A model generated the notes under the pieces. It was given only the letters and a program-made list of their open reading frames with translations, ran no database searches and had not been told where the DNA came from. A stretch of 64,000 nucleotides of DNA from Vicinamibacteria bacterium (lineage in GTDB: Bacteria > Acidobacteriota > Vicinamibacteria > Marinacidobacterales > Marinacidobacteraceae), in contig OZ219815.1 of NCBI GenBank assembly GCA_964291235.2, positions 128,001-192,000 of the forward strand, in the 5' to 3' direction. Positions 19,059 to 28,868 of the stretch are shown here, in pieces. Position numbers and translations under genes: made by a program. Each line of letters opens with the position of its first letter. The first letter of the stretch is position 1.

Positions 19059-20687
19059 ATGCGACAGACCGAGGATTCCGATACCAGCAGGCGCACGCGC
19101 ACCGGCCGGCTGCTCGCCGTCACCCGCACGGGGACGGTGCGCGGTGTCGAAGGATTGCTGATTCGGGTCGAAGTGGACCTCCAGCGCGCCGATCGGTGCT
19201 CGTTTCGCACCGTGGGTTTGGCGGACACCGTGGTCCGGGAAGCGCAACTCCGGGTCCAGGCGGCGCTCAGGAACAGCGGGTTCTATCTCCCGAGCGGGCA
19301 CGTCGTGGTCAATCTGGCTCCCGCCGGCGTCCGGAAGGAAGGCGCCGGATTCGACCTGGCGGTGGCGCTCGGCATCCTCGCCGCCACCGGGGTGGTGCCC
19401 CGGCGCCGTCTCCCGGACACGCTCCTGATGGGCGAGCTCGCGCTCGACGGTTCGCTGCGGCCGGTCCCCGGCGGTTTGCCCGTTGCGTGGGAAGCGGCCG
19501 CGGCGGGAATGCGCGCCGCGATCGTGCCTCCCGATAACGCCGCCGAAACCGCCATGGCGACCGGAATCCGCGTCTATCCCGCTTCCAGCCTGCAGGCGGC
19601 GGCGGATCTGCTCGCCGCCGAATCCTCGCCTGCACCCTTCCGACCCCCGGCCAAGGCCCCCGCCGCATCGCGCTCGGGGGTGGACCTCAGCCAGGTTCGG
19701 GGGCAGCCGCGGGCCCGACGAGCTCTCGAAATCGCCGCGGCCGGGGCTCACAACCTCCTGTTCGTCGGACCACCGGGAAGCGGCAAGACCCTCCTGGCCG
19801 GAATCCTTCCGGATCTGCTTCCCGAGCTTTCGGTCGAGAAGGCAATGGACGTGGCGCGGATCCGTTCCGCGATCGGCCAACCGCTGTCCGGCCCTCCGGA
19901 GCATCCTCCGTTTCGTGCGCCGCACCACACGATCTCCTATGCGGGCATGGCGGGCGGCGGACCGGGACCCCGTCCCGGAGAGGTGACCCTCGCCCATCAC
20001 GGAGTGCTGTTCCTGGACGAACTCCCCGAGTTCCAGCGGCCAGTCCTGGAGTGCCTTCGCCAGCCCCTCGAGAGTGGGGACATTCACGTAGGCCGAGTCC
20101 GCCATTCGGTCCGCTTCCCGGCAGCGTTTCAATTGGTGGCGGCCATGAATCCGTGCCCCTGCGGATTCCATGGCGAGGGAGGAAGACCGTGCCGCTGTCC
20201 TCCCGCTTCCGTGGCCCGCTACCGGGCCCGCGTCTCCGGGCCCCTGCTGGACCGGATCGATATCCATCTGGCGGTGCGACCGGTAACCTCCGGCGATGTT
20301 CTGGGGCCGGCGTCCGGGGAGCCGACGGCCACCGTGCGGGAGCGGGTGCACCTCGCTTACCGCATGCGGGAGGAGCGATTCGGAGTGGGGTCCTCGCCCG
20401 CCCGGATGTCGGTCACCGAATTGAAAAAGGCATCGGCCTCCGGCTCGTTCCGCTCGCTCGTTTCCTGGGCGATGGATGGACTCGGCATGTCGGCGCGCGG
20501 CATCACCCGCGCCTTCCGGGTAGCGCGGACCATCGCCGACCTCGCCGGAAGCGGCGCCGTCGAACCGTTGCACTTCGAGGAAGCGATCCAGTTCCGGGCG
20601 GCCGCCGAGCTGAGCGAGCCCGGGTCCGCCGGACTCCGGTTGCCCGGCGGGGCTTCCGAGACCAGCGCCATCGGGGGCAGTGCATGA
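19059..20687 (+). CDS. comM: YifB/ComM-family Mg-chelatase-like AAA+ ATPase
   Basis: VNLAPA..RKEGAGFDL, GELALDG, GPPGSGKT, PFRAPHHT, PGEVTLAHHGVLFLDELPEF, AAMNPCPCG, SGPLLDRID, RVARTIADL. Confidence 0.93.
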   Translation: MRQTEDSDTSRRTRTGRLLAVTRTGTVRGVEGLLIRVEVDLQRADRCSFRTVGLADTVVREAQLRVQAALRNSGFYLPSGHVVVNLAPAGVRKEGAGFDLAVALGILAATGVVPRRRLPDTLLMGELALDGSLRPVPGGLPVAWEAAAAGMRAAIVPPDNAAETAMATGIRVYPASSLQAAADLLAAESSPAPFRPPAKAPAASRSGVDLSQVRGQPRARRALEIAAAGAHNLLFVGPPGSGKTLLAGILPDLLPELSVEKAMDVARIRSAIGQPLSGPPEHPPFRAPHHTISYAGMAGGGPGPRPGEVTLAHHGVLFLDELPEFQRPVLECLRQPLESGDIHVGRVRHSVRFPAAFQLVAAMNPCPCGFHGEGGRPCRCPPASVARYRARVSGPLLDRIDIHLAVRPVTSGDVLGPASGEPTATVRERVHLAYRMREERFGVGSSPARMSVTELKKASASGSFRSLVSWAMDGLGMSARGITRAFRVARTIADLAGSGAVEPLHFEEAIQFRAAAELSEPGSAGLRLPGGASETSAIGGSA

Positions 20688-21130
20688 GCGACGGGCCCGA
20701 GAGCGCGGCACAGGAGGATCCCGTGCTGGTCGAGGCCGCCCGGCTGTTCAACGACCGCGACTACTACGAGAGCCACGACGTACTCGAAGAAGAATGGGCC
20801 GGCGCCCGGGGAGTTCGGCGCGATGCCCTGAAGGCGCTCGTCAAGCTCGCCGCGGGGATGTACCACCTCCAGACCTCCGGATACCAGGGGGCCGAGAGCC
20901 TGCTCTCGAGCGGGTTGGAGGAACTCGACCGCCTCCCGCCGCAGGCGGCGCTCGTCGAGGCGGCCCCCCTGCGGGATCCGGTCAGGCGCTGTCTGGAGAA
21001 AATCAGGACCCTGAAGTCCGGGGGCGCCGTCGAGTGGTCGGAAGGTGATCTTCCCCGGCTTCGCGCCCTGCCTGGCGAATCGGCGCGCCGGATCCGGGCA
21101 GCAGAAGCAGAACCCGGGCAGGGGGCTTGA
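20684..21130 (+). CDS. DUF309-family protein
   Basis: ATG 20684 overlaps the comM stop (ATGA); LFN..DYYESHDVLEEEW, LVKLAAGMYH. Confidence 0.82.
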   Translation: MSDGPESAAQEDPVLVEAARLFNDRDYYESHDVLEEEWAGARGVRRDALKALVKLAAGMYHLQTSGYQGAESLLSSGLEELDRLPPQAALVEAAPLRDPVRRCLEKIRTLKSGGAVEWSEGDLPRLRALPGESARRIRAAEAEPGQGA

Positions 21131-21169
21131 ATTTTGGGACCCACGCCGTCAGAATCCGGGCCTAACTCT

Positions 21170-22108
21170 ATGTTCGGGCGCGCTATATCTGCATTCCGAC
21201 GGCTTGTCGGACGTGGTCCGTCCCGGGGAAGCGCTGCGGATTCGGTGGGAATCCCCACCCGAATCATCGTGTTCGGCACCCGAAACCACACGCCTCGCGA
21301 GGTTCGGATCGGTTCCCGCACCCGGTGGGCCGCCGCCTGCGCCGGCCTGGTGGCTCTTGGATTCGTCGGGCACTACGGCTGGCTGCTGCTCGGGCCGGCG
21401 CCCGGTGCCGGGATCCTGGCCGAAGAGCGCGACGCTCTCCGCGAATTGAATCGGGACTACGCCGAAGACACGGAACGGATGGCCAGCCGGATCGAGTCCC
21501 TTGAAGTCCAGATGCGCAAACTGGCCGTGCTCGCCGGAGCCGAACCGATTCCCACGCCGATCGGCGGCATCGGTGGCGCCGTGGGGAGCCCGGCCGGATA
21601 TGACTATGTGAGCGACCGGTTGGAGGATCTGTCGGGGAGGGTCGCGACCCTCGACCGCCAGAGCGTGGCGCTTGAACGGACGATGCGGGAGAAGAGCCAG
21701 TTGCTCGCTTCGACCCCGTCCATCTGGCCCATTCGCGGCTACATGTCGTCGGGGTTCGGACAGCGCAACGATCCATTTACCGGAGAAATCGAGCGGCACT
21801 ACGGGTTGGACCTGAATGCCAGCACGGGAACCCCGATCCGCGTCACGGCGGACGGGCTCGTCATCGAAACCTCCACGTCGCCGACCTACGGGAAATACGT
21901 GGTGGTTTCCCACGGATTCGGTACCGTGACCCGCTATGCGCACCTGTCCCGGATTGACGCTCGACGCGGCCAGCGGCTCCGCCGCGGGCAGGTACTGGGG
22001 CTCGTGGGGAACACCGGCCGTAGCCGCGCCCCTCACCTCCACTACGAGGTGTGGATCAACGAGCGCGCCCAGAACCCGCTGAACTACATCGTCGACTACA
22101 CGCCCTAA
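21170..22108 (+). CDS. M23-family metallopeptidase (TM + coiled coil + LytM domain)
   Basis: TPSIWPIRG, SSGFG.R.DPF, HYGLD (HxxxD), TRYAHL, GNTGRS.APHLHYEV. Confidence 0.92.
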   Translation: MFGRAISAFRRLVGRGPSRGSAADSVGIPTRIIVFGTRNHTPREVRIGSRTRWAAACAGLVALGFVGHYGWLLLGPAPGAGILAEERDALRELNRDYAEDTERMASRIESLEVQMRKLAVLAGAEPIPTPIGGIGGAVGSPAGYDYVSDRLEDLSGRVATLDRQSVALERTMREKSQLLASTPSIWPIRGYMSSGFGQRNDPFTGEIERHYGLDLNASTGTPIRVTADGLVIETSTSPTYGKYVVVSHGFGTVTRYAHLSRIDARRGQRLRRGQVLGLVGNTGRSRAPHLHYEVWINERAQNPLNYIVDYTP

Positions 22109-22118
22109 GCGGGCAAGC

Positions 22119-22355
22119 GGTTGGGGAGCGGGGCGCTCCTCCCGGCGCGGTGCGAAGACAGCGTCGTTGTGACCGATGTGAAGCGCCCCGCTCCCCAACC
22201 GCCCGGCGCTTCGCGCCGCGAACCGAAACTCCCTTGCGCGCTAAAGCGCGCGGCGGCGAGTTCCGATTCGGTGTCTTCTTGTTGTGAAAGGGGGGATGCC
22301 CCCCTTTCACACTTTCCCCCCGGTCTCGCAGGCAGCGAACAAAGTTCGCTGCCAT
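22119..22355. repeat. Multi-hairpin intergenic element, copy 1
   Basis: Perfect 19-bp stem GGTTGGGGAGCGGGGCGCT/AGCGCCCCGCTCCCCAACC, then CGGCGCttcGCGCCG, TGTGAAAGGGGGGatgCCCCCCTTTCACA and GGCAGCGAACaaaGTTCGCTGCC; homologous to ~35962-36193. Confidence 0.75.
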
Positions 22356-22400
22356 TTTTTCGCGCTCGGGGATGAGCCACCGAAGAGAAGGCGGGCCAGT

Positions 22401-23333
22401 AGGAGCGCCGGCCTCCGGCCGCGAAACTCCCGTCGCTGATGTTCCCTGCTGCGCCGCAGCCCAACTCCGTGGCACAACGCGACTCAGGCGGACGAAGAGC
22501 GTCGCGCCGTCCCCGTTTGGGTTGACGCCGTCGAGGCTGACTGAGTCTGGGAGTTTCGCCTCGCGGTGCAGGAGCGCCGGCCTCCGGCCGGCATCGCGGC
22601 CGCAGGCCGCGAAACTCCCGTCGCTGATGTTCCCTGCTGCGCCGCAGTCCAACTCCGTGGCGCAACGCGACTCAGGCGAACGAAGAGCGTCGCGCCGTCC
22701 CCGTTTGGGTTGACGCCGTCGAGGCTGACTGAGTCTGGGAGTTTCGCCTCGCGGTGCAGGAGCGCCGGCCACAGGCCGCGAAACTCCCGTCGCTGATGTT
22801 CCCTGCTGCGCCGCAGCCCAACTCCGTGGCGCAACGCGACTCAGGCGGACGAAGAGCGCCGCGCCGTCCCCGTTTGGGTTGACGCCGTCGAGGCTGACTG
22901 AGTCTGGGAGTTTCGCCTCGCGTTGCAGGAGCGCCGGCCTCCGGCCGGCATCGTGGCCATAGGCCGCGAAACTCCCGTCGCTGATGTTCCCTGCTGCGCC
23001 GCAGCCCAACTCCGTGGCGCAACGCGACTCACGCGGACGAAGAGCGTCGCGCCGTCCCCGTTTGGGTTGACGCCGTCGAGGCTGACTGAGTCTGGGAGTT
23101 TCGCCTCGCGGTGCAGGAGCGCCGGCCTCCGGCCGGCATCGCGGCCGCAGGCCGCGAAACTCCCGTCGCTGATGTTCCCTGCTGCGCCGCAGCCCAACTC
23201 CGTGGCGCAACGCGACTCAGGCGGACGAAGAGCGTCGCGCCGTCCCCGTTTGGGTTGACGCCGTCGAGGCTGACTGAGTCTGGGAGTTTCGCCTCGCTTC
23301 GCTCGGCGATGCCAGCCGGAGGCTGGCGCTCCT
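22401..23333. repeat. Tandem array of five REP-bounded palindromic units (169/188-bp spacing)
   Basis: Units start at 22401, 22570, 22758, 22927 and 23115, are near-identical and have no unique spacers. The reverse complement matches the 16887-17107 element family. Confidence 0.92.
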
Positions 23334-23432
23334 GGCCGCGAAACTTGAGCCGAGACTGGCGGGCCGGCCCCGTCCGGGAACCGCTCGAGGGCCCCACGCT
23401 GCTAAATTGACCGGTTTACCCGGCTCCGACGA

Positions 23433-26234
23433 GTGTTTCAAAACGTCCTCACCAAGATCGTCGGGAAGAAATCCGATCGGGAACTGAAGCGGCTCGCGCC
23501 GCTGGTCGCTGGCGTCGGCGCTCTCGAGTCCGAAGTCAGGGAGCTTGAGGATCTCCAGCTAGCGGAGCGGATTCAGACGCTCCGCACGCGGGCGGAGAAC
23601 GGCGAGCCCCTCGAGGACCTCATGCCCGAGGTGTTCGCGGTCTGCCGCGAAGGGGCGCGACGCACCCTGGGAATGCGTCACTTCGACGTGCAGCTCCTCG
23701 GCGGCGCCATCCTGCACCGGGGCCGGATCGCCGAAATGAAGACCGGCGAGGGCAAGACCCTGGTCGCAACCCTGCCGGCGGTCCTGAACGCGCTCTCCGG
23801 GAAGGGCGTTCACGTCGTCACCGTGAACGACTACCTCGCCAAGCGCGACTCGGAATGGATGGGCCGGCTCTACCGCTTCCTCGGACTCGGCGTGGGCGTT
23901 ATCCAGCACGACCTGAGCGACGAAGAGCGGCGCGCCGCCTATGGCGCCGACATCACCTACGGCACCAACAACGAGTTTGGGTTCGACTACCTCCGGGACA
24001 ACATGAAGTTCCGCGCCGAGAACTTCGTCCATCGGACCTACCCGCGCACCGAAACCGACCGCGACGGCAAACAGGTGGAGCGGCTCTTCCACTACGCCAT
24101 CGTGGACGAAGTGGACTCGATCCTGATCGACGAGGCGCGCACCCCGCTCATCATCAGCGGCCCGGCGGAGGCCTCCACCGACCTCTATTACACGGTGGAC
24201 CGGGTGATCCCGAGGCTCCGGCGCGACCTCGACTTCACCGTGGACGAGAAGTCGCGTTCGGTGACGCTGACCGAGGAGGGCGTGCCCAAGGCCGAGGATC
24301 TCCTCCACGTCGACAACCTCTACGACCCGGGGCAGATGACGCTCCTGCACCATCTGCTGCAGGCGCTGCGCGCCCACGCCCTCTACAAACGCGAGAAGGA
24401 CTACACGGTGAAGGACGGCCAGGTCGTCATCGTGGACGAATTCACCGGGCGCCTGATGCCGGGCCGGCGGTGGTCCGACGGACTCCACCAGGCAGTGGAG
24501 GCCAAGGAGAACGTGAAGATCGAGCGCGAAAACCAGACGCTCGCCACCATCACCTTCCAGAACTACTTCCGCATGTACGGAAAGCTCGCGGGAATGACCG
24601 GTACCGCGGAGACGGAAGCCGTGGAGTTCGAAAAGATCTACGAACTCGAAGTCGTTCCCATCCCGACCAACCGAACGCTGGTCCGCGTCGAAGAGCCGGA
24701 TGTCGTGTACCGGACGGAGCGGGAAAAGCTGAACGCCATCGCCGAGGAGATCCAGACCGAGCAGCAGCGTGGCCGTCCCATTCTGGTCGGCACGACCTCG
24801 ATCGAAAAAAGCGAGCGGCTCTCACGCGTGCTCAAGCGCCAGCAGGTGCCGCACGTGGTGCTGAACGCGAAGTACCACCAGCGGGAAGCCGAGATCGTGG
24901 CCCAGGCGGGCCGGAGCGGCTCGGTGACGATCGCCACGAACATGGCGGGTCGCGGCACCGACATTCTTCTCGGCGGAAATCCCGACGAGATTGCCAAGGC
25001 GCGCCTCCGGAAGGAGGGAGTGGATTGGGCCGAGGCTCCGGCCGAGGTCTGGGAAGGCGCCGTTACCCGGGCCCGCGAGGAAACGAAGGCGGCGCACGAC
25101 GAAGTCGTCACCCTCGGCGGCCTCCACATCGTGGGCACCGAGCGCCACGAAGCCCGCCGCATCGACAACCAGCTTCGCGGACGCGCCGGCCGCCAGGGCG
25201 ATCCCGGCAGTTCCCGCTTCTTCCTCTCGCTCGAAGACGACCTGATGCGGATCTTCGGCAGTGACCGGATGAGCGGCCTGATGCAGCGGCTCGGTATGGA
25301 GGAAGGTGTCCCGGTGGAGGCGGGGATGGTGACCCGCGCCATCGAGCGCGCGCAAAAGCAGGTAGAAGCGCAGAACTTCGCCTACCGCAAGCACCTCCTC
25401 GAATACGACGACGTCATGAACAAGCAGCGAGTCGCGATCTACGGACTCCGCCGCCGGATCCTGGAAGGACAGGATCAGCGTGAGTACGTCCTCGATCTCG
25501 CCGCGGTCGCCGCGGATTCCCTCGTGGACACCTGGCTCTCGACCGAAACGGACCCTGACGACTGGGACTACCCCGGACTCCGCGAGGGCATCCGCGGCCA
25601 GTACGGCTTCATTCCCGAGCCGGCGAATGGAAACGCGTTCGAGGATCTGGGGCGCGAAGAGATGCGGTCGTTGCTCGCCGAGGCCGTCCCCCTCCGCTAC
25701 ACGGAAAAGGAAGCGGAGATGGGGTCCGACCTGATGCGCGTCCAGGAGCGCTACATCATGCTCCACATCCTGGATGCGCAGTGGAAGGACCATCTCCACG
25801 CGATGGACCACCTCAAACAGGGCATCGGACTCCGCGGCTATGGACAGCGCAACCCGCTCATCGAATACAAGAAGGAGTCGTTTGCGCTGTTCGAGGACAT
25901 GTGGGACCGCATCGAGAACGAGACCGTGCGGCTCCTCTTCGTGCTCAAGGCGGTCCGCGCCGCCCCGGCTCCGAAGCCACCTCCGCTGAGGCAGCGCCCG
26001 CTCGTGTTCAGCGGGGCGAGTTCCGAAGCCGGCGCCGGACTCGCCGCGGCGGGGGGCGGGGGCGGAGGTGTCCCGGCGCTGGCGCCCGGTCCGGGACCCG
26101 GTCCGGCGCCAGCCGCTGCCGGGACGGCGGGCGGGCGCTTCGTCCAGGTAAAGAGCGGCCAGAAGAAGGTCGGGAGGAACGATCCGTGTCCGTGCGGGAG
26201 CGGCAAGAAGTACAAGAAGTGCCACGCGGCGTGA
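23433..26234 (+). CDS. secA: Preprotein translocase ATPase SecA
   Basis: [73 protein letters not shown]-terminal [18 protein letters not shown]. Confidence 0.98.
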   Translation: MFQNVLTKIVGKKSDRELKRLAPLVAGVGALESEVRELEDLQLAERIQTLRTRAENGEPLEDLMPEVFAVCREGARRTLGMRHFDVQLLGGAILHRGRIAEMKTGEGKTLVATLPAVLNALSGKGVHVVTVNDYLAKRDSEWMGRLYRFLGLGVGVIQHDLSDEERRAAYGADITYGTNNEFGFDYLRDNMKFRAENFVHRTYPRTETDRDGKQVERLFHYAIVDEVDSILIDEARTPLIISGPAEASTDLYYTVDRVIPRLRRDLDFTVDEKSRSVTLTEEGVPKAEDLLHVDNLYDPGQMTLLHHLLQALRAHALYKREKDYTVKDGQVVIVDEFTGRLMPGRRWSDGLHQAVEAKENVKIERENQTLATITFQNYFRMYGKLAGMTGTAETEAVEFEKIYELEVVPIPTNRTLVRVEEPDVVYRTEREKLNAIAEEIQTEQQRGRPILVGTTSIEKSERLSRVLKRQQVPHVVLNAKYHQREAEIVAQAGRSGSVTIATNMAGRGTDILLGGNPDEIAKARLRKEGVDWAEAPAEVWEGAVTRAREETKAAHDEVVTLGGLHIVGTERHEARRIDNQLRGRAGRQGDPGSSRFFLSLEDDLMRIFGSDRMSGLMQRLGMEEGVPVEAGMVTRAIERAQKQVEAQNFAYRKHLLEYDDVMNKQRVAIYGLRRRILEGQDQREYVLDLAAVAADSLVDTWLSTETDPDDWDYPGLREGIRGQYGFIPEPANGNAFEDLGREEMRSLLAEAVPLRYTEKEAEMGSDLMRVQERYIMLHILDAQWKDHLHAMDHLKQGIGLRGYGQRNPLIEYKKESFALFEDMWDRIENETVRLLFVLKAVRAAPAPKPPPLRQRPLVFSGASSEAGAGLAAAGGGGGGVPALAPGPGPGPAPAAAGTAGGRFVQVKSGQKKVGRNDPCPCGSGKKYKKCHAA

Positions 26235-26320
26235 CGACCCATGAATGAAATGACTCGGCCCGGTCCTTCAGGCGGGGGCGTGCGCGCTCACCTCACTTCG
26301 TCCACAGGCGATGGACACGA

Positions 26321-27781
26321 ATGACGGAACTGCCTGGTCTGCCGCGCCCGGCGCTGACCTTCGACGACGTACTCCTGCGCCCGCGGTACTCGGACGTGCT
26401 CCCCGCGGCCGCAGATCTTCAGACCCGTTTCAGCCGCAACATCGGGCTCGCCATTCCGATGGCGAGCGCCGCGATGGACACGGTCACCGAGGCGAGGCTC
26501 GCGATCGCGATCGCCCAGCTCGGAGGGATCGGAGTGATTCACCGCAACCTGTCCGCCGAGGCGCAGGCCGCCGAGGTCGCCAAGGTGAAGCGGTCGGAGA
26601 GCGGCATGGTCGTGGATCCGGTGACGGTCCCGCCCGACGCCCCAATTGCGGCCGCCCTCGAACTCATGGAGCGGCACAGCATCTCCGGGCTTCCGGTGAT
26701 CCAGGACGACCGCCTCGTGGGCATTCTCACCAGCCGGGACCTCCGTTTCGAAACCCGCTACGACCTCCGGGTCCACGAACTGATGACGCGGACGCCGCTC
26801 CATACCGCCCCGCTCGGCACGACTCTCGAGGAGGCCAAGGCCATCCTCCACGAGCACCGAGTGGAAAAGTTGCCGGTGCTCGACGAAGAAGGAGCCCTCG
26901 CCGGCTTGCTGACCGTCAAGGACATCCAGAAGGCCATGGCGTATCCGAACGCCACCAAGGACGCCCTGGGCCGGTTGCGCTGCGCCGCCGCCGTGGGGGT
27001 TGGAGACGGGGCGATCGCCCGCGCCCGACTGCTTGCGGAGCGCCAGGTGGACGCCATCGTGATGGACACCGCGCACGGTCACACCCAAAGCGGCCTGGAG
27101 ACCGTACGCCGGCTCAAGGCGGCGCTCCCCGAATCCGTGGACGTGGTGGCCGGAAACATCGCCACCCCCGAGGCGGCGCGCGATCTCATGGAAGCCGGAG
27201 CGGACGGGGTGAAGGTGGGTATGGGCCCGGGATCCATCTGCACGACCAGGGTCGTCGCGGGAACCGGGATGCCCCAGTTCTCCGCCATCCGCCAGGTCCA
27301 GCCCGCGGCCGAGGTGCCGGTGATCGCCGACGGCGGGATCCGGTTCAGCGGTGACATCGTGAAGGCGATCGCCGCCGGCGCGGAGTGCGTCATGGTCGGC
27401 AACCTGCTCGCCGGCAGCGACGAGAGCCCCGGCGAGACGATCCTCTTCCAGGGACGGACCTTCAAGAGCTACCGGGGCATGGGATCGCTCGGCGCCATGA
27501 GCGGCGAGTCGGCCGATCGCTACTACCAGGCCGGGCGTCCGGCTTCGAAGCTGGTCCCGGAGGGAATCGAGGGCCGGGTGCCCACCAAGGGCCCGCTCGC
27601 CGGGGTCGTCGAGCAACTCATCGGGGGTCTGCGATCCGGCATGGGGTACACGGGTTGCCGCACGATTCCGGAACTGATGCAGTACGACGACTTCGTTCAG
27701 GTGACCGGCGCCGGACACCGGGAAAGCCACGCACACGACGTCGTGGTCACCAAAGAAGCCCCGAACTACCGATTGGAATAA
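26321..27781 (+). CDS. guaB: Inosine-5'-monophosphate dehydrogenase
   Basis: [19 protein letters not shown] pair, [21 protein letters not shown] (catalytic Cys), IADGG, YRGMGS, PEGIEG, ESHAHDV. Confidence 0.98.
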   Translation: MTELPGLPRPALTFDDVLLRPRYSDVLPAAADLQTRFSRNIGLAIPMASAAMDTVTEARLAIAIAQLGGIGVIHRNLSAEAQAAEVAKVKRSESGMVVDPVTVPPDAPIAAALELMERHSISGLPVIQDDRLVGILTSRDLRFETRYDLRVHELMTRTPLHTAPLGTTLEEAKAILHEHRVEKLPVLDEEGALAGLLTVKDIQKAMAYPNATKDALGRLRCAAAVGVGDGAIARARLLAERQVDAIVMDTAHGHTQSGLETVRRLKAALPESVDVVAGNIATPEAARDLMEAGADGVKVGMGPGSICTTRVVAGTGMPQFSAIRQVQPAAEVPVIADGGIRFSGDIVKAIAAGAECVMVGNLLAGSDESPGETILFQGRTFKSYRGMGSLGAMSGESADRYYQAGRPASKLVPEGIEGRVPTKGPLAGVVEQLIGGLRSGMGYTGCRTIPELMQYDDFVQVTGAGHRESHAHDVVVTKEAPNYRLE

Positions 27782-27794
27782 CGGAGAGCGCACC

Positions 27795-28847
27795 GTGCCG
27801 GGACTGGGAACCCGCCCTTCGCGGACCCGTTTCTGCATCCGGGGCGCGGTCGCGGCGGTCCTGGTCGCCGCTGCCGGGCTCGCCTCGTTCTCCTGCCGTC
27901 AGGCCGGCCAAGCGCGCCTGATCACTGTGTACGTGCCGGACATCGCGGTGTCCTTGCCCCTTCCGCAGGGGTGGACCTCCGCCACGAACCAGCAGGGCGG
28001 CTACCGGATGACCACGTTCACCGGACCCTCCGTGGATGTCCCGGAGCGTGACGGAATCCAGGTTCAGGTCATGGCCGGTCCGGCGCCGCCGGGGCAGACG
28101 CTGCGGGAGGTCGCGGAACGCTTCTACATCGGCGAACAGATCGTCCTCTCCGAGGAGCCATTCCAGTTCGGTGCCGAAGAGGGTTTCATCTGGACGTTTG
28201 AATGGGAACGGCGACCGCAAGCCGGCCGCCTGCTGCTGATCGAAAGAGAAGGACTCCTCTACGGAGTGTTCGCCACCGGAGAGGCGCGGAGCGTCCTCGC
28301 CTACGGATCCACGCTGGACCGCATGTACGAGGGGTTCTCGATCGAGTCGGCGGATTACTTCGACGCTTACGAGGATCCTGACCTCGATCTCACGCTGCTC
28401 TACCCCCAGAGCTGGACCCGTTCTCACTTCCTGCGGGAGCCGGGCGAGACGCTGTTTGTCGGTTTCCGGAGCGGCCCGCTGGCGGTGGATGACGACGGCA
28501 CTACCGTGCACGCGACCCTCGAAGTCACGGTAAGCAATGCCGAGCCGGGAGTGACGCTCGAGGGCTTTTACAGCGCCGCCGCCGAGAGCCTTGGCGAGAA
28601 CTACCGAATGCTCCGGCACGACATTCTCGAGGACGGGCGCGGAATCGCGGTGCTCTATTCGGTCGAAACCCAGCTCGCCGACTACCTGGAGTGGGTCATC
28701 TACAACCTGGTGGACGGCAGGACCTACCTCTACCGGTTCCACTGCCGCAACGGCATCTATCGCGCGATCCAGCCCTGGCTGACCGAGATCGCCACCCAGT
28801 TCGTAAGCAGCGAGCGGGATCTGAACTCCGCCGGGCCGGACGACTAG
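27795..28847 (+). CDS. Hypothetical exported protein/lipoprotein with two PsbP-like repeats
   Basis: Hydrophobic N-terminus ending FSC; two related modules (SLPLPQGW / LLYPQSW); strong GC3 codon bias. Confidence 0.6.
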   Translation: MPGLGTRPSRTRFCIRGAVAAVLVAAAGLASFSCRQAGQARLITVYVPDIAVSLPLPQGWTSATNQQGGYRMTTFTGPSVDVPERDGIQVQVMAGPAPPGQTLREVAERFYIGEQIVLSEEPFQFGAEEGFIWTFEWERRPQAGRLLLIEREGLLYGVFATGEARSVLAYGSTLDRMYEGFSIESADYFDAYEDPDLDLTLLYPQSWTRSHFLREPGETLFVGFRSGPLAVDDDGTTVHATLEVTVSNAEPGVTLEGFYSAAAESLGENYRMLRHDILEDGRGIAVLYSVETQLADYLEWVIYNLVDGRTYLYRFHCRNGIYRAIQPWLTEIATQFVSSERDLNSAGPDD

Positions 28848-28868
28848 GATTCCTCACCGGAAGGCCTC

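Noticed and set aside
22401-23333. Possible CRISPR array
   Set aside because: Units are 169-188 bp and near-identical along their whole length; there are no unique spacers and no cas genes.
22056-23441. Several repetitive ORFs across the tandem array
   Set aside because: Translations of non-coding palindromic repeats; frames shift between units.
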